Origin: Torpedo marmorata
Lineage: Eukaryota
Length of the DNA: 64,000 bases
Assembly (NCBI GenBank): GCA_977017645.1
Contig: OZ360238.1
Span: 42,966,001 to 43,030,000 of the forward strand
Reading direction: 5' to 3'
Position numbers and translations under genes: made by a program. Position 1 is the stretch's first letter. Each line of letters opens with the position of its first letter. The notes beneath the pieces were generated by a model that had not been told where the DNA came from, made no database searches, and was given only the letters and a program-made list of their open reading frames with translations. Below are positions 12,626-25,309 of the stretch, piece by piece.

Positions 12626-14754
12626 TCTTTTAGTAAGACATTATCCATAATGCAACACAGAAACAACTGAACAAAATTATCTCCCAAGCCATATAAAGAG
12701 ATATTAGGACAGGTAACCAGAGTGGATTTCAAGGGGCTAATGTTTTCAGTTTTACTCTTTGTTGGCAAGAACTATGTATTGCCCAACTCTAAATGTCTGT
12801 GGGAAGATGGTGGTGAGCCTCATTGTTGAACCTCTGCAGTCTTTTTAACGAAGGTACTTCCACAGGGTTGTACAGATGGGGTACCAGGATTTGGACCCTA
12901 CCAAGATGAAATGCCAGTGGTGCATATTCAAGTCAGGATGATGTATGATCAGAAGAATTTGTCGATTTAGGTGTTACCATCCACCTGTGAGTTTGAGCAC
13001 TGCTTGGTCAGATTGTAGGAGGGATTAAAAGAAGTCAGAAGAAGCAGTTTGAGATGGAATTCCAGAGCTAGCTGAAAGCAGTATTCTACTGTAGAGTGAT
13101 TAAAATCGGGGAGCTCTTTTAGGCCAGAATTGAAGGGGTACTAATATCTCTCTCTGGAGAAAGTTATAGCGGTATGAGAGGCAAAGAGAAGGTAAGTTTG
13201 AAAAAAAAAATCAATCTAGTTGCTGTCAGACATGGAGCCAATTAACTAACCAGCACTAAGATGATCAGGTCTTGGTGTTGAGTTAGTTAGCATAGTTTTG
13301 TATGATCTGAAGTGGAGGCTGAGGATGGGAACAGTGAAGTCCACATGTACAAAGGGATAGAGGAACCCTTCAGCAGCAGGTTGATTTGCAGTGAAGCTGA
13401 TGGAGAAAGTGGGATGGCCAAAGAGATTTGAAAATGAAGATGAAAAATCTAGATTGAGGATACAGTGGCTATGAGCATCATTATTTTAAAAAAGTTTTAA
13501 TGTTTTGATGGTTATCTAAATTCAGAGGGGGTTTGTGATGAAGTTCAGAACAAGTCTTATCCCACACTATGAATCATAATTTATAATCGGACACAATATT
13601 TGGTATGTCAGTTTGAACTTGATGGGCCAGAGGTGGGTCCATTTCTCTGCTGTATCTTTCTAGGACTCGATGAGGTCACTAAAACAGATCTGATATTGGA
13701 GTAAAATTGAACAATATTAATCTTAATATGTGAGTTTTCACCGCAAGTTCCAGTATTAAAACAAACCCAATTGTTCACAAAGGATTGTGATGATGCCCCT
13801 TTTTAAAATGATAAACCATTGATTTCCTTGTAATTTTGTGAACTATTTTAATGTGTGATTTCAATGAATGACATGGAGGAAAAATGAATAAATTAACAGC
13901 AGATGGCATGGTTATTAAATGTACTGCCTTGGAAAAATTTTAACTGTAGCCAAAAGTCTGTTAATTCAGCTTGTATTCCCCAACAAGCCAACTGTACTTG
14001 TGTTAGAGCATTAATAATATAGAAAAAAGTCTGTATACTGGAAGGGAACCATTGGAAAAAAATAATGTTTGAATTCATTTGGATTATATTTGCTAATTGT
14101 GACAAATATATGACAAAACAATTGTGAATAGCCTATTTGTTCTTTCCCATCTGAACCCTATTAGTCTGTTGCTTCTTTTTCTTTGGAATCCAACTGTTTG
14201 TCTGTTGAAGTTGATGAAACAGATTAAATGACATATGTGAACAAATCCTGTGACATCTTTGAAGCTATTAGTGAGGTTTCAGCTGCCATTGCAATGTCTC
14301 TTTACTGAAGATAAATAAAATGTCAGAGCTAAGATGAGGGAGATCTACCCACACCTCGCTCTGCGGGAGAAAGAAGCTCTTTACTCACTCAGTGGGCGTT
14401 TCCCTGCCATTATTTGAAGTGCCTGTATCAATTGAAAGTTCTGCGTAAAGATGGCCCTTTGTGTAGCAATGCCTGAAGAGAAGATAATGGGTGAAACCAG
14501 GTTGAACCAGGTTCACTCTATTCCGAGTAAAATATACAGATTCTCAGAGAACAGTTGCATTACCTGAGGTTAGAAAGGCAAAATTTAGGCAATTCTTAAA
14601 GCAGCATCTTGATCTGAATTCCAAAAACTGGGGAAGAACTGAAGTGTGCCCCAACTGATTAGTGGATGCCAAATGCTATTGGTGTGAATATTTAAATATT
14701 TCATTGATATTATAGAATTCAGGCATTGTGTTGAAGTTTCAATTTTCATGAGAG

Positions 14755-14975
14755 TCATATGGAGATACAGCACAGAAACAGGCCTTTCAGCCCAATATGT
14801 CCATGCCAACCATCAACTACTCAATTGTACTAATCCTACACTCATTTCATTTTTTAAGTCTTCCCGTATTCCCACCAACTCCCACTCACCTACACACTCA
14901 GGGCAATTTATAGTGGCCAATTAACCTACTAACCTACATGGCTTTGAGATGTAGGAGGAAACCGGAACAGCTAGG
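14755..14975 (-). mobile_element. Partial V-SINE
   Basis: atacagcacagaaacaggcctttcagccc...caattaacctactaacc...tgtaggaggaaaccggaa. Confidence 0.7.
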
Positions 14976-15004
14976 AGAAACTTATGCAATTGCAGGCAGA
15001 AAGT

Positions 15005-15190
15005 TTGGGCGACACGGCTAGTGCATCACTATGGCAGCGCCAGCGGCCCAGGTTCAATCTCGGCACTGCCTGTACATCCTCCCCACGACCTGCGTGGGTT
15101 TTCCCTGGGTGCTCCAGTTTCCTCCCACCCTCCAAAAGCATACAGGGTTGGTAGGTTAATTTGGTATAATTGGGTGGCATGGGTTTCAGC
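15005..15190 (+). mobile_element. V-SINE (HE1-like)
   Basis: ggttcaatctc B-box-like motif and V-domain gtgggttttccctgggtgctccagtttcctcccac. Confidence 0.75.
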
Positions 15191-15479
15191 AGCCAGAATC
15201 AGCTACTGAATCTTGTCCTGTCCACCTCCAAGTTCAAGTTAAAGTTTATTATTATCTGATTTTATATATACAGCCCAACAAAACAGCGTCTCTCCAGACC
15301 ATGGTGCACACACAACACGATAAGTTGTATCGTTTAAAAAAAAAAGAAAAATTAATGTGCAAGCTCCTCACAAACAGCATCCAAGGTCAGCATTGATTCT
15401 GGGTCTGGCATTGGGAGGAATTGGCTGTACTAGCTGCTCCATTTTTTTCTGCACAATTTTATTTATTTTGAGTATACAC

Positions 15480-16345
15480 TGTTATGGACCATGACTGACC
15501 ATTTGGACTGCGGACGGTCAGCAGGAAGGATGAAGTCTTTTGGAGTACACACTGGGACCAGGTACTGAAAGAGTTAACTTGCCCAGGACTTGGTGTACCC
15601 AGAGAGAGAGAGAGAGCAGAGAGAGACAGGCTGTGGAAAAGATACTTTGTTGCACTTTTGCAAAAGCAGGTGCAGACCTCTGCAAAAAGCAGGCAATTTG
15701 GAGTTGCAAAGGCGAGAGAACACAGCCAAATCCAGGCTTGTGCATCCCAGAGAAAAGGCTGGAAGAATAGCACATGGCCTCCTGTCTCAGAGAAATCCTG
15801 AGTTATAAGCAACTTTTGTGGAGAACAGGCGTGAGATCAGCGAGACCAGCTGTGAGATCCAAGCACACGCCTCAATCAGTGGTATATTGATCTGAATTCG
15901 CAATCCTTATGAAAACACAAGAAGGGAACGTCATCAGAGAAGAAAAACAAGCCAAGTATTTGTAAGCATAAACAGTCATTGTCTCTCTCCAACGTTCATT
16001 CAGAAGTACTTCTACCAGCACACAGAGCTGAATTTGAAACCTGAAGTTAGAGAGTGAATTTTTGTGGACTGTATTATTCTTTTTTTTACTGACTTTTTTT
16101 TATGACTGACCTGGGGTTTTTTGGGGAAAGTTTTTCCATTTTTACATAAGGGTTGGGCACAGACTGTAATGGTCTGGGCTTTACACACACACACACACCT
16201 TTTAGATAAGAATAGTGTTTATAGACGTTTATAGTGGGGTTAATTGTTGTGAAATTATATGTTTAATAGTCTTTAATAAATATAAATGTCAATTTTACCC
16301 CTTTTGCATCGCGTCTTCTGTCGTTGCTGGTTTGATTTTGTAACA
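15480..16345 (+). mobile_element. Solo LTR, 866 bp
   Basis: Begins TGTTA and ends TAACA. Flanked by a 4-bp direct repeat ACAC (15476-15479 and 16346-16349). AATAAA near 16275, about 70 bp from the 3' end. Confidence 0.72.
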
Positions 16346-16389
16346 ACACAGATAATCTGTATCTGGAACATCCAAATACTGATCTCACC

Positions 16390-16597
16390 TTCCCACGGGC
16401 TGTGAGACTGATGTGCAGTATCCTGAAACCATGAAAATCATCCCAAATATTTATATATATTCATTTTGATTATTTATGTGATCATTATGTAGTGTGCATT
16501 GTGTGTTTTTATGTGCGCACCATGGCCTGGAGAGACGTTGTTTTGTCGGGCTGTATATATACAATCAGGTGATAATAAACTTGAACTTGAACTTCAA
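16390..16597 (+). mobile_element. Rex1-like LINE 3'UTR fragment
   Basis: gcaccatggcctggagagacgttgtttt...aataaacttgaacttgaacttc tail. Confidence 0.7.
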
Positions 16598-17049
16598 AGT
16601 GGACAGGACAAGAGGCCTGGTGATGGCTGGCCCAGTATGGACAGGGCACTCTGGCGAGGGCACCTACCTTAGGTGGCAAAGTTTAGAAACCTAACAAGTG
16701 AATGCAGACCGAAACCCCTCCCCCCTTCCATCCCCCCACTCCACACCCACCCACTTCTCAGGCCATTGCCTCTGAGTGCTCAGAGTCTTTGGACTTCTGA
16801 TCTCACCAACCTGAAGTTCTCAATCTGCAAATGTGAATGAGTGGGAAATGGCAAGGTGAACAGCAGGAAAACAGAAAACTCCAGCCAGGGTGTTGGGATG
16901 GCAGACCCACAGAATTACATTGACTTACAGGATGAAAACAGGCCTTTCAGCTCACATGATCTGTGCCAACATCTATCCTTCACTTGAACCAACTCCCTCG
17001 CCACTTTACCCGGTCTTATCATACCAATTTCCCACTGTTCCTCCATAGG

Positions 17050-17642
17050 GCACTTATTAAGCGGGCAAGGATACTGACCACCATCATGTCAACCTTCTAC
17101 AGGAGCTCTATCCAGAGCGTCCTGGCCAGCTGCATCAAAGTGTGGTACGGATGCTGCAGAGAAATGGATCGGAGGTCAATCCACAGGACCATAAGAGTAG
17201 CAGAGAGGAGCATTGGAGTCTCCCTCCCCCCCCCCCCATTGACGTGATCTACAGGGATCGTTGTCTGAAGCGGGCACGCAAAATCATTGACGTCCCCTTC
17301 CACCCCGCATACAGCATCTCAGCTGCTCCCGTCGGGAAAGAGATACAGGAATATCAGAGCCAGCACCACCAGGCTGAGGAACAGCTTCTTCCCACGGGCA
17401 GTGAGAATGCTGAACGACCGAAGGAACTGCTTACACTAACCATCCGAGACTCTCATTGACGAAACAATATTTATTTATTTGTTTGTATCTATATCTATGA
17501 ATACTTGTCCTGAATATGTGTTGTTTCTCTGTATGTGTGTTATGTCTGGTTGTGTATCTGCATGTTTTGCACCGAGGACCGGAGAACACTGTTTCGTTGG
17601 GTTGTACTTGTACAATCAGATGACAATAAACTTGACTTGACT
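17050..17642 (+). mobile_element. Rex1/Babar-like LINE 3' fragment
   Basis: FYRSSIQSVLASCIKVWYG...RLRNSFFP-type C-terminus (frameshifted) and aataaacttgacttgac tail. Confidence 0.88.
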
Positions 17643-18527
17643 AAAGCATCCCCTTAAATATGTCTGTTCTTTTTGCCTCGTGTGTGTGTACATCAAATAC
17701 AAATAAACCTTTACATTTTATCAGTTGAGCTTCTCACAGTCCCCGCAGCCACCCCATTTGGATAGTCAAGTTAGAGACGTAAAAAGTGGCATGTAACTTC
17801 AACCTGACATTCATTGTGAAGAATGATTTTTAAATTCTAGCCGAAAGCCTGTGTTAGCTATGAGCTGGAGACAGGGAAATGTGTTCTCTTCAAGCAGAGC
17901 AGTTATAAACCTGTCGAGGTGTTATGGATGCCCAAGTGATAGAGAATCTTGCCACTATTTGCTGAATATTGAAGGAGGATAGCTAATGGTGTGCAACATA
18001 TAAACCTGTTGTGACCATCATCCATCTGTCTCTGAGGAAGTGAATAGTGGCAGACTCGGATGAAGTGAATTTTTAGCAGGTTTAAATCTGGTGAATGCCT
18101 CTTTAGAAGCTATTGTCGACCATTAACTGTGGTCAGGCGAAAAACGTTTCAGCAAAAACACACAAAGAAGACAATGCATGCAATAAGCCTTTTATCCAGC
18201 TAATGGAAGTTAACCCTTCAAAGAGATTACTTGCTAATTCCAGGTCTGTGCTGAATTGACAGGTTATGACCGGAATCGTAAATCAGGGTGTTACCGTTTG
18301 CCTCAGTGCCTCAGAGCCGAGGGGGATGGTGGTGTCTTGCTAACCATTCGGAATTTCAACATGATTATCATTCAACAACCTAAGTAGTGTGATGTGATCC
18401 CATTTTTGGATTGCATGCATTTTCCAGCAGAGTCAGAGAGCGATACAGCATGGTAAAAGGCCTTTCGGCTCACTGAGTGAATGCTAATTCCGCATCAATC
18501 CCTCATCCTCTCCCCAGATTCTACCAC

Positions 18528-19015
18528 TTGTCAAGTCAAGTTTATTGTCATCTGATTGCACAAGTACAACCCAACGAAACAATGTTCTCCGGTCCACGGT
18601 TCAAAAGGTAAAGTTAAAGGTTCCATTATTGTCACGTAATACTACATTTAGAATGTAACATACATGAAATTCTTTAATTTTTGTCTGCAGACACACAACC
18701 AGACAAAACACACATATAGACAAACAATACATCTGCAAGGACAAGTATTCATATATACAAACAAATAAATAAATAAATATGGTTTCGTAAATATGAGTCT
18801 CGGATGGTCAGTGTGAGCAGTTCCTTTGGTCGTTCAGTATTCTCACTGTCCGTGGGAAGAAGCTGTTCCTCAGCCTGGTGGTGCTGGTTCTGGTACTTCT
18901 GTATCTCTTTCCCAACGGGAGCAACTGAAAGATGCGGTGTGTGGGGTGGAAGGGGTCCTCAATGATTTTGCATGCCCTCTTCAGACAAAGAACCCGAATG
19001 ATCATGTCGATGGTT
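18528..19015 (-). mobile_element. Rex1/Babar-like LINE 3' fragment, same family as 17050, with about 80 bp of another LINE tail inserted near 18607-18687
   Basis: ORF 18808-19296 ends KIIEDPFHP...RYRSTRTSTTRLRNSFFP. Tail gtcaagtcaagtttattg. Confidence 0.88.
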
Positions 19016-19064
19016 TTTGGGGGGGGGGGGGAGGGGGCAGTTGGAGTCGGGGAGGGAGGGGAGG

Positions 19065-19225
19065 GGTCAGTTAACCTACCAGCACGCAAGTCTTTGGGAT
19101 GTGGGAGGAAACCGGAGCATGTGGAGGAAGCCCACAGAGCCACAGGAAGAATGTGTAAACTCCACACTGACAGGATTGCACCCAGGCCTCTGGTGCTGTG
19201 CAGCAAGCACTCCACCAGCTTTGCC
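19065..19225 (-). mobile_element. V-SINE 5' part
   Basis: ttaacctaccagcacgcaagtctttgggatgtgggaggaaaccggagca. Confidence 0.75.
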
Positions 19226-19533
19226 ACTGATTCACTCTTGGTCAGAAATGGAACCTCTGGCACATTTCCTCTCGCAACTTGTCTGGTCTGCCCCAAATTG
19301 TAACTTCCTGAACTTGCATAATGTTATTAGCTCTGGTCACAATGAAGGTGGTTGGATTATTCCCCCCAACCCCCAAAAAATGCAGCCCCTTGACTTTCTT
19401 TAGAGTCAGTGCAAGGACTTTTCTACTTCCTGCAAAATACGCTGACTCCCTGCTAAGACCTGATTGGATGTCCTGACGGCAAGGAGTTCCAGCTTGGCTC
19501 TCACTCACACTGTTCTGTCAGTCGACATAGTTA

Positions 19534-21240
19534 CAATAGACAATAGACAATAGACAATAGACAATAGGAGCTGGAGTAGGCCCTTCGGCCCGTCGAGCCA
19601 GCACCGCCATTTTACAGATCATGGCTGATCACTACTATCAGTACCCCTTACCAGCCTTATCCCCATAACCCTTAAATCCTCTGCCCATTAGAGTCTTATC
19701 TAACTCTCTTTTGAACATAATCAGCGAATCTGCCTCTACCACCCTCTGTGGCAGAGCATTCCACAGATTCACACTTCTCTGGCTAAAGAAATTTTTTCTC
19801 ATCTCCGTCCTAAAGGGCCTTCCCTGAATTCTTAAACTATGCCCTCTAGTCCTCGTCTCTCCCATCATTGGGAACAAGTAATCTGACTTCACCCTGTCTA
19901 TCCCCTTGATAATTTTGTAAACCTCAATCATATCCCCCCTCATCCTCCTAAACTCCATCGAATATAAGTCCAGTTTTTCTAACCTTTCAGCATATGTCAA
20001 CCCTGCCATTCCTGGAACTAACCTTGTAAATCTGCGCTGCACACCCTCTATAGCTAGTATGTCCTTCCTCAAATTTGGAGACCAGAACTGGACGCAATAC
20101 TCCAGGTGGGGTCTCACCAGGGCCCTGTACAACTGCAGAAGGGCGTCTCTGCTCCTATAGTCCAATCCCCTCTTTATGAAAGCCAACATGCCATTTGCCT
20201 TCTTCACAGCTTTCTGTACCTGCATGTTAGCCTTCAGTGACTGGTGAACAAGTACACCCAGATCCATTTGCACTTCCCCACTCCCTAGCTTGTCGCCATT
20301 TAGATAATACTCTGCTTTCCTATTACTGCCCCCAAAATGGATAACCTCACATTTGCTCACATTGAACTTCATTTTCCATTCTTCAGCCCACTCCCCCAAC
20401 CTGTCCAAGTCCCTCTGCATTTTCCTGACATCCTCTTCACACTTTACACCGCCACCCAGTTTAGTGTCATCTGCAAATTTACTCAAGTTATTAATAATCC
20501 CATCATCCAAATCATTTACATAAATGACAAACAACTGAGGACCCAACACCGATCCCTGCGGCACTCCACTCGTCACATCCTGCCATCCTGAAAAAGACCC
20601 GCTTACCCCAACCCTTTGTTTCCTATTTCTTAACCAATTTCCTATCCACGTCAGCACCTTACCATCAATACCATGCTCCCTGATCTTGCCCACTAGTCTC
20701 CCGTGCGGTACCTTATCAAAGGCCTTCTGGAAGTCCAAATACACCACATCCACTGGCTCTCCCAAGTCCACCCTCTTTGTCACATCTTCAAAAAATTCCA
20801 GAAGGTTAGTCAAGCATGACTTACCCTTAAGGAATCCATGCTGACTAGCCCTTATACTATTATTTCTTCCTAAGTGTTCTGCTATTACTCCTTTTATGAT
20901 GGATTCCAATATCTTCCCCACCACTGACGTCAGGCTGACTGGTCTATAATTACCCGTTTTTTCCCTCCCTCCCTTCTTAAAAAGCGGCACCACATCAGCC
21001 ACTCTCCAATCCACAGGTACCTCCCCCGAATCTATGGAGCTTTGGAAAATGTCGACCAGTGCCTCCACAATTTCCAGAGCAACCTCTTTAAGCACCCTGG
21101 GATGCAGCCCATCAGGCCCTGGGGATTTATCAGCCCTCAGTCCCAACAATTTACTCTCAACCTCCTGCTTCTGGATCCTAATATCTATCAGATTCCCTAC
21201 TTCCCCAGGAAAGTTCCCCCAGTCTCCTGATACCGCATGA
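19534..21240 (-). mobile_element. Young 5'-truncated CR1 LINE with an open RT domain
   Basis: 503-aa ORF 19638-21149 with KSPGPDG, YRPVSLTS, YLDFQKAFD, GVPQGSVLGP, KFADD. (aatagac)n tail on the + strand. Confidence 0.97.
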
Positions 21241-21521
21241 CCACTACCCCCTAACTGACCATCACCTATATCTATATCTTCCTTGGTGAAGATACAGAGT
21301 CGTACAGCACAGAAACAGGCCCTTCATCCCACCATGTCCATGCCAACCTTTTTGCCCATCAACACTAATCCCATTTGCCTGTATTAGGGTTGTATTTTCT
21401 GTGACTTGCCAACTTAAGTGTCTCATGAAAGTCTGCAGATGCTGTGATTGTAGTAAAAACATACAGAAATGCTGGAGGAACTCAGCCGGTCTCTCAGCGT
21501 CCATAGGAGGTAAAGATATAT

Positions 21522-21558
21522 TACCAACGTTTCGGGCCTGAGCCCTTCTTCAAGGTAT
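21522..21558 (-). ncRNA. Minimal type-I hammerhead-ribozyme-like motif
   Basis: Minus strand: tacc-TTGAAGA-a-GGGC tcag GCCC-GAAAC-GTT-ggta. Stem I tacc/ggta, stem II GGGC/GCCC, position 3 is U instead of C. Confidence 0.6.
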
Positions 21559-22179
21559 AAGCAAAAAACAGGAAGGTGTCACGTGTCGGAATAAAGACTG
21601 AAGAATGGCATAGGGAGACATACAGACCAACAAAAGGTGTTAATTGGATATGACAAGAGAGGTGAGAATTAATTTTGGCTGTGAAAGGAGACAGAGGGAA
21701 AAGGGAAGAGAGAGAGAGAGAGAGAGAGAGGGATAGAGAGACAGAGCTGGGAAATAGGCAACAGGAGGAAGAAGAAGGGGGGAGGGGTTTAACGGAAACT
21801 GGAGAAGTTGATGTTAATGCCATCCAGTTAGAGGGTGTCCAGACAGAAGATGAGGTGTTGTTCCTCCAATTACAGCACTGCCAGACCAAGACCATCCGCA
21901 AAATGGAGGAACAGCACTTCATCTCCTGTCTGGGCACCCTCCAACCGGATGGCATTAACATCGACTTCTTTGGTTTCCGTTAAAACTCCCTCTTCCTTCT
22001 TCTCCGGTCGCCTTTCCCTCAGCTCTGTCTCTCTTCCCTTTTTCCTCTGTCTCCTTTCACAGAGCCAAAATCAATTCTCCCCTCTCCTCTTATCATCTCC
22101 AATTATCACCTTTTGTTGGTCTGGACTCCTCCCCTTGCCATTCTTCAGTCTTTATTCTGACGCCTTCCTGTTCTTTGCT

Positions 22180-22217
22180 TATACCATGAAGAAAGGCTGA
22201 GGCCCGAAACGTCGGTA
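22180..22217 (+). ncRNA. Minimal type-I hammerhead-ribozyme-like motif
   Basis: tacc-ATGAAGA-a-aGGC tgag GCCc-GAAAC-GTC-ggta. Canonical GUC triplet, but position 3 is mutated. Confidence 0.5.
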
Positions 22218-22892
22218 ATATATCTTTACCTCCTACGGATGCTGCGAGACCGGCTGAGTTCCTTCAGCATTTCTGTGTGTTTTTACTTAAGTGTCTGTCC
22301 AACTGCCTCCTAAATGCAGGAATTGCATCTGATTCCACTACCCCCCCCCCATTGCCGGAACATTCCCAATATTATCCACTCTGTGCAAAAAAACGTACCT
22401 CTCAGATTCCCCTCTTAAAATTCCTACCTCCTTAAATCTATCCTCTTTTGTTTTCGCCCATGAAGGGGAAAAAGTGTGTGGCTAAGATTTAAGCATGCGC
22501 CTATGGTGCTGCAACATGCAGAATCTCAAACCAAATGAGTGTATCAACATTATTTTCTGTCTTCAAAACAAGTCAACTGAATGTTGGAGTTAACTGAAGC
22601 TACGAATGAACCACATCAAGCAAGGTTGTGACAGAACGAGAGAGGGTACAGGAGAAATTTATGAGGATGTTGCCTGGAGAATTGAAAATGAGGAAGCTGA
22701 GGGAAAATGTCATTGAGTGTTTTAAAGTTATGAGAGGCCTGGATAGATTGCAAAGATATGTCAATAATTATAGGAGGCATAGATTTTTAAATAGTTGGTA
22801 AAACATTTATTGGGGAGTGGGTGAAATTTTGTTTCAGCCAGAAAATAATGGGGATCTGGATTTCATTGCATGAAGGGTGGGAGATGCATGCC

Positions 22893-23152
22893 TTTAAATT
22901 TTAAATGTAGACATACAGCACGGTAACAGGCCATTTTGGCCCACGAGCCCGTGCCACCCAATTACACCCAATTAACCTACAACCCCCAGTACATTTCGAA
23001 CGGTGGGAGGAAACCGGAACCCCTGGGGAAAGCCCACGCAGACACGGGGAGAACGTAGCAACATCCTTACAGACAGTGCGGGATTTGGACCCTGGTCCCG
23101 ATTGCTGGCGCTATAAAGGCATTGCGCTAACCGCTACGCCAACCGTGCCGCC
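22893..23152 (-). mobile_element. Young V-SINE (HE1-like), full length
   Basis: CpG-rich. Minus strand starts ggcggcacggttggcgtagcggttagcgca, V-domain present, (TTTAAA) tail. Confidence 0.9.
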
Positions 23153-23352
23153 ACTTTATGTTCTTTAATTTACCGAACTGGAAATTGGCAATAGACAGAA
23201 TACCACATTGTTGGCCAAAATTGACTCAATGCCTCTTTTGAAATTGCAAATTTTAGTGATTCTACAAGCGATGTACGGATTGATTAATAGAAGTCTTCTG
23301 AATCTTAGAATAGAATTCTACCTTTATGTTCATTCAATGAGCTTTTAGCCTT

Positions 23353-25018
23353 TTCAGATTCAGATTTATTGTCAGAGTGCATACATGACATCACATACAA
23401 CCCTGAGATTCATTTTCCTGCGGGCGAGGCAGAATTACCACTTATTGGCAGTGCAAAAAACAACTGTACACAATGTACACATGTAAAGAAATAAAGAAAT
23501 GTAAACAAACTGACTGTGCAATACAGAGAGAAAAAAAAATCAATAAAGTGCAAAAGTAAGATTACTTAAATAAGTAAAAAACACAAATGCTGGAGAAACT
23601 CAGCAGATCAAACAGTGTCTTTATGTAGCAAAGGTAGAAATACATAACCAACGTTTCGGGCTTGAGCACTTCATCAAAGTATGAGAAAATGCCGGCAGGC
23701 GTCCGAACAAAAGAGTGAGGGGGGGAAGGGGGGGTGGCAAAGGCAGGAGATGATAGGTGGAGAAAGGAGGGAGGGGACAGCAGCAAAGAGGAGGAGGAGG
23801 GATGGCTGGGTGGGTGGAAAAACTGGAAGGACAGGTGAGGGGGGAGGGGAAGGAAAAGACAAGCAGGTTAATGCCATCTGGCTGGAGAGTGGCCAGACAG
23901 AAAATAAGATGTTGTTCCTCCAATTTGCGGGTGGTCTGTGTGGGATAGTACATAAGGCCATGGACAGACATGTGAGTGTGGGAGTGTGACTCGGAATTGA
24001 AATGGTTAGCTACTGGAGGTTGCGGACGGAGAGGAGGTGATCAGCGAAGCGATCTCCCAATCTACGACTGGTCTCTCCGATGTAGAGAATGTTACAAAGG
24101 GAGCACCGGATGCAGTAAATAAGTTCTCTGGATGTACAAGTGAAGTGTTGCTTCACTTGAAAGGCCTGTTTGGGGCCACGGACCGTGGTGAGGGAGGAGG
24201 TGTGGGCGCAAGTATTGCACCTCCTGCGGGCACAGGGGAAAGTGCCGGGGGTGCGATGGGTGGGGAGGGATGAGTGCATGAGGGAATCGCGGAGGGAGCG
24301 GTCCCTGCGGAAGGCCGAGAGGGGAGGAGAAGGAAAAATGTGTCTGGTGGTGGGATCCTGTAGTAAGTGCCGGAAATTCCGGCAGATAATGTGTTGGATG
24401 CGGAGGCTGGTGGGGTGGTAGGTGAGGATGAGGGGGATTCTATGTTTGTTGCATCTGGGGGCAGAGGGGGCCAGGGCAGATGAGCGGGAAATGGAGGAGA
24501 TGCGGGTGAGGGCTGAGTTGATGGTGGTGGAGGGGAAGCCACGTTTGTGGAAGAAGGCAGACATTTCAGAAGATCTGGACTGGAAGACCTCATCTTGGGA
24601 ACAGATGTGGCGGAGACGGAGAAATTGAGAGAAGGGGATGGAATCCTTTCAGGGGACAGGGTGTGAGGAAGTGTAGTCCAGATAGTTGTGGGAGTTGGAG
24701 GGTTTGTAGTAAATGTCGGTGGAAAGCTTGTCTCCCGAGATGGAGACAGAGAGATCCAGGAAGGGGAGAGTGTTATCGGAGATGGACCAGGTGAGTTTGA
24801 GATCGGGGTGGAAGTTGGACGCGAAGTGGATGAAGTTGACAAGCTCATCGCCATTGCATGAGGCAGCTCCGATGTCGTCATCGATATACCGGAGGAAGAG
24901 ATGAGGGGTCTTGCCTGTGTAGGCTTGCAGCATGGATTGCTCCACAAGTCCCTGATTGAGTTTGTTGTTGAGGAGTCTGATGGTGGAGGTGTAGCAGCTG
25001 TTCCTGAACCTGGTGGTG
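23353..25018 (-). mobile_element. Rex1-like LINE 3' end split by a Penelope insertion (pieces 23353-23575 and 24946-25018)
   Basis: The two pieces join to match the intact copy at 33176-33490 (cttaaat.agt | ccctgattgagtttgt). Confidence 0.85.
23576..24945 (-). mobile_element. Penelope-like retroelement, 5'-truncated (RT thumb, GIY-YIG endonuclease, terminal repeat)
   Basis: YIDD...LPFLDL...YYKP...YLDYTSSHP; FTCTS...IYCIRC...YIGETSRRLGDRFADH; hammerhead-like motif at 23646-23683. Confidence 0.95.
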
Positions 25019-25203
25019 CCTTTTGACAAAATGCCAATAAACGGAGAGCCATTACTAACAGTTCAAAGCAAAATGACATTGATTGGAGAGTGCAAGAGTC
25101 TATCATATTCCTCAGAACTACACAATGAACAGGGGTCCATGGAAAAGAATTATTTTACAATTCTGAAGCAAAATTATAATGAAATTAAAACAAAAATGTG
25201 CTG

Positions 25204-25309
25204 TAGCCTGAATACAACTGGGATTGTCTGATCTCAGAAGCTAAGCAGGCGCAGGACTGGTCAGTACTTGAAGGGGAGACCGCCAAGGAACACTAGGTGT
25301 TGTAGGTTT
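25204..25309 (+). pseudogene. 5S rRNA pseudogene or 5S-derived SINE head
   Basis: gtctgatctcagaagctaagcagg...tggtcagtacttgaaggggagaccgcc..ggaacactaggtgttgtaggttt aligns with vertebrate 5S rRNA (A box agctaagcagg, mutated C box). Confidence 0.9.

Larger units (their letters stand above)
21424..22284. mobile_element. Penelope-like element remnant with inverted terminal repeats
   Basis: The two halves are reverse-complementary. Both encode the PLE C-terminus RKMEEQH(F/L)I..LGTLQP.GINIDF. 12-bp TSD acttaagtgtct at 21412-21423 and 22285-22296, inside an old CR1 tail. Confidence 0.9.

Noticed and set aside
24153-25106. 317-aa Pro/Ser-rich ORF
   Set aside because: An alternative frame across the GC-rich Penelope and Rex1 junction with no domain motifs.
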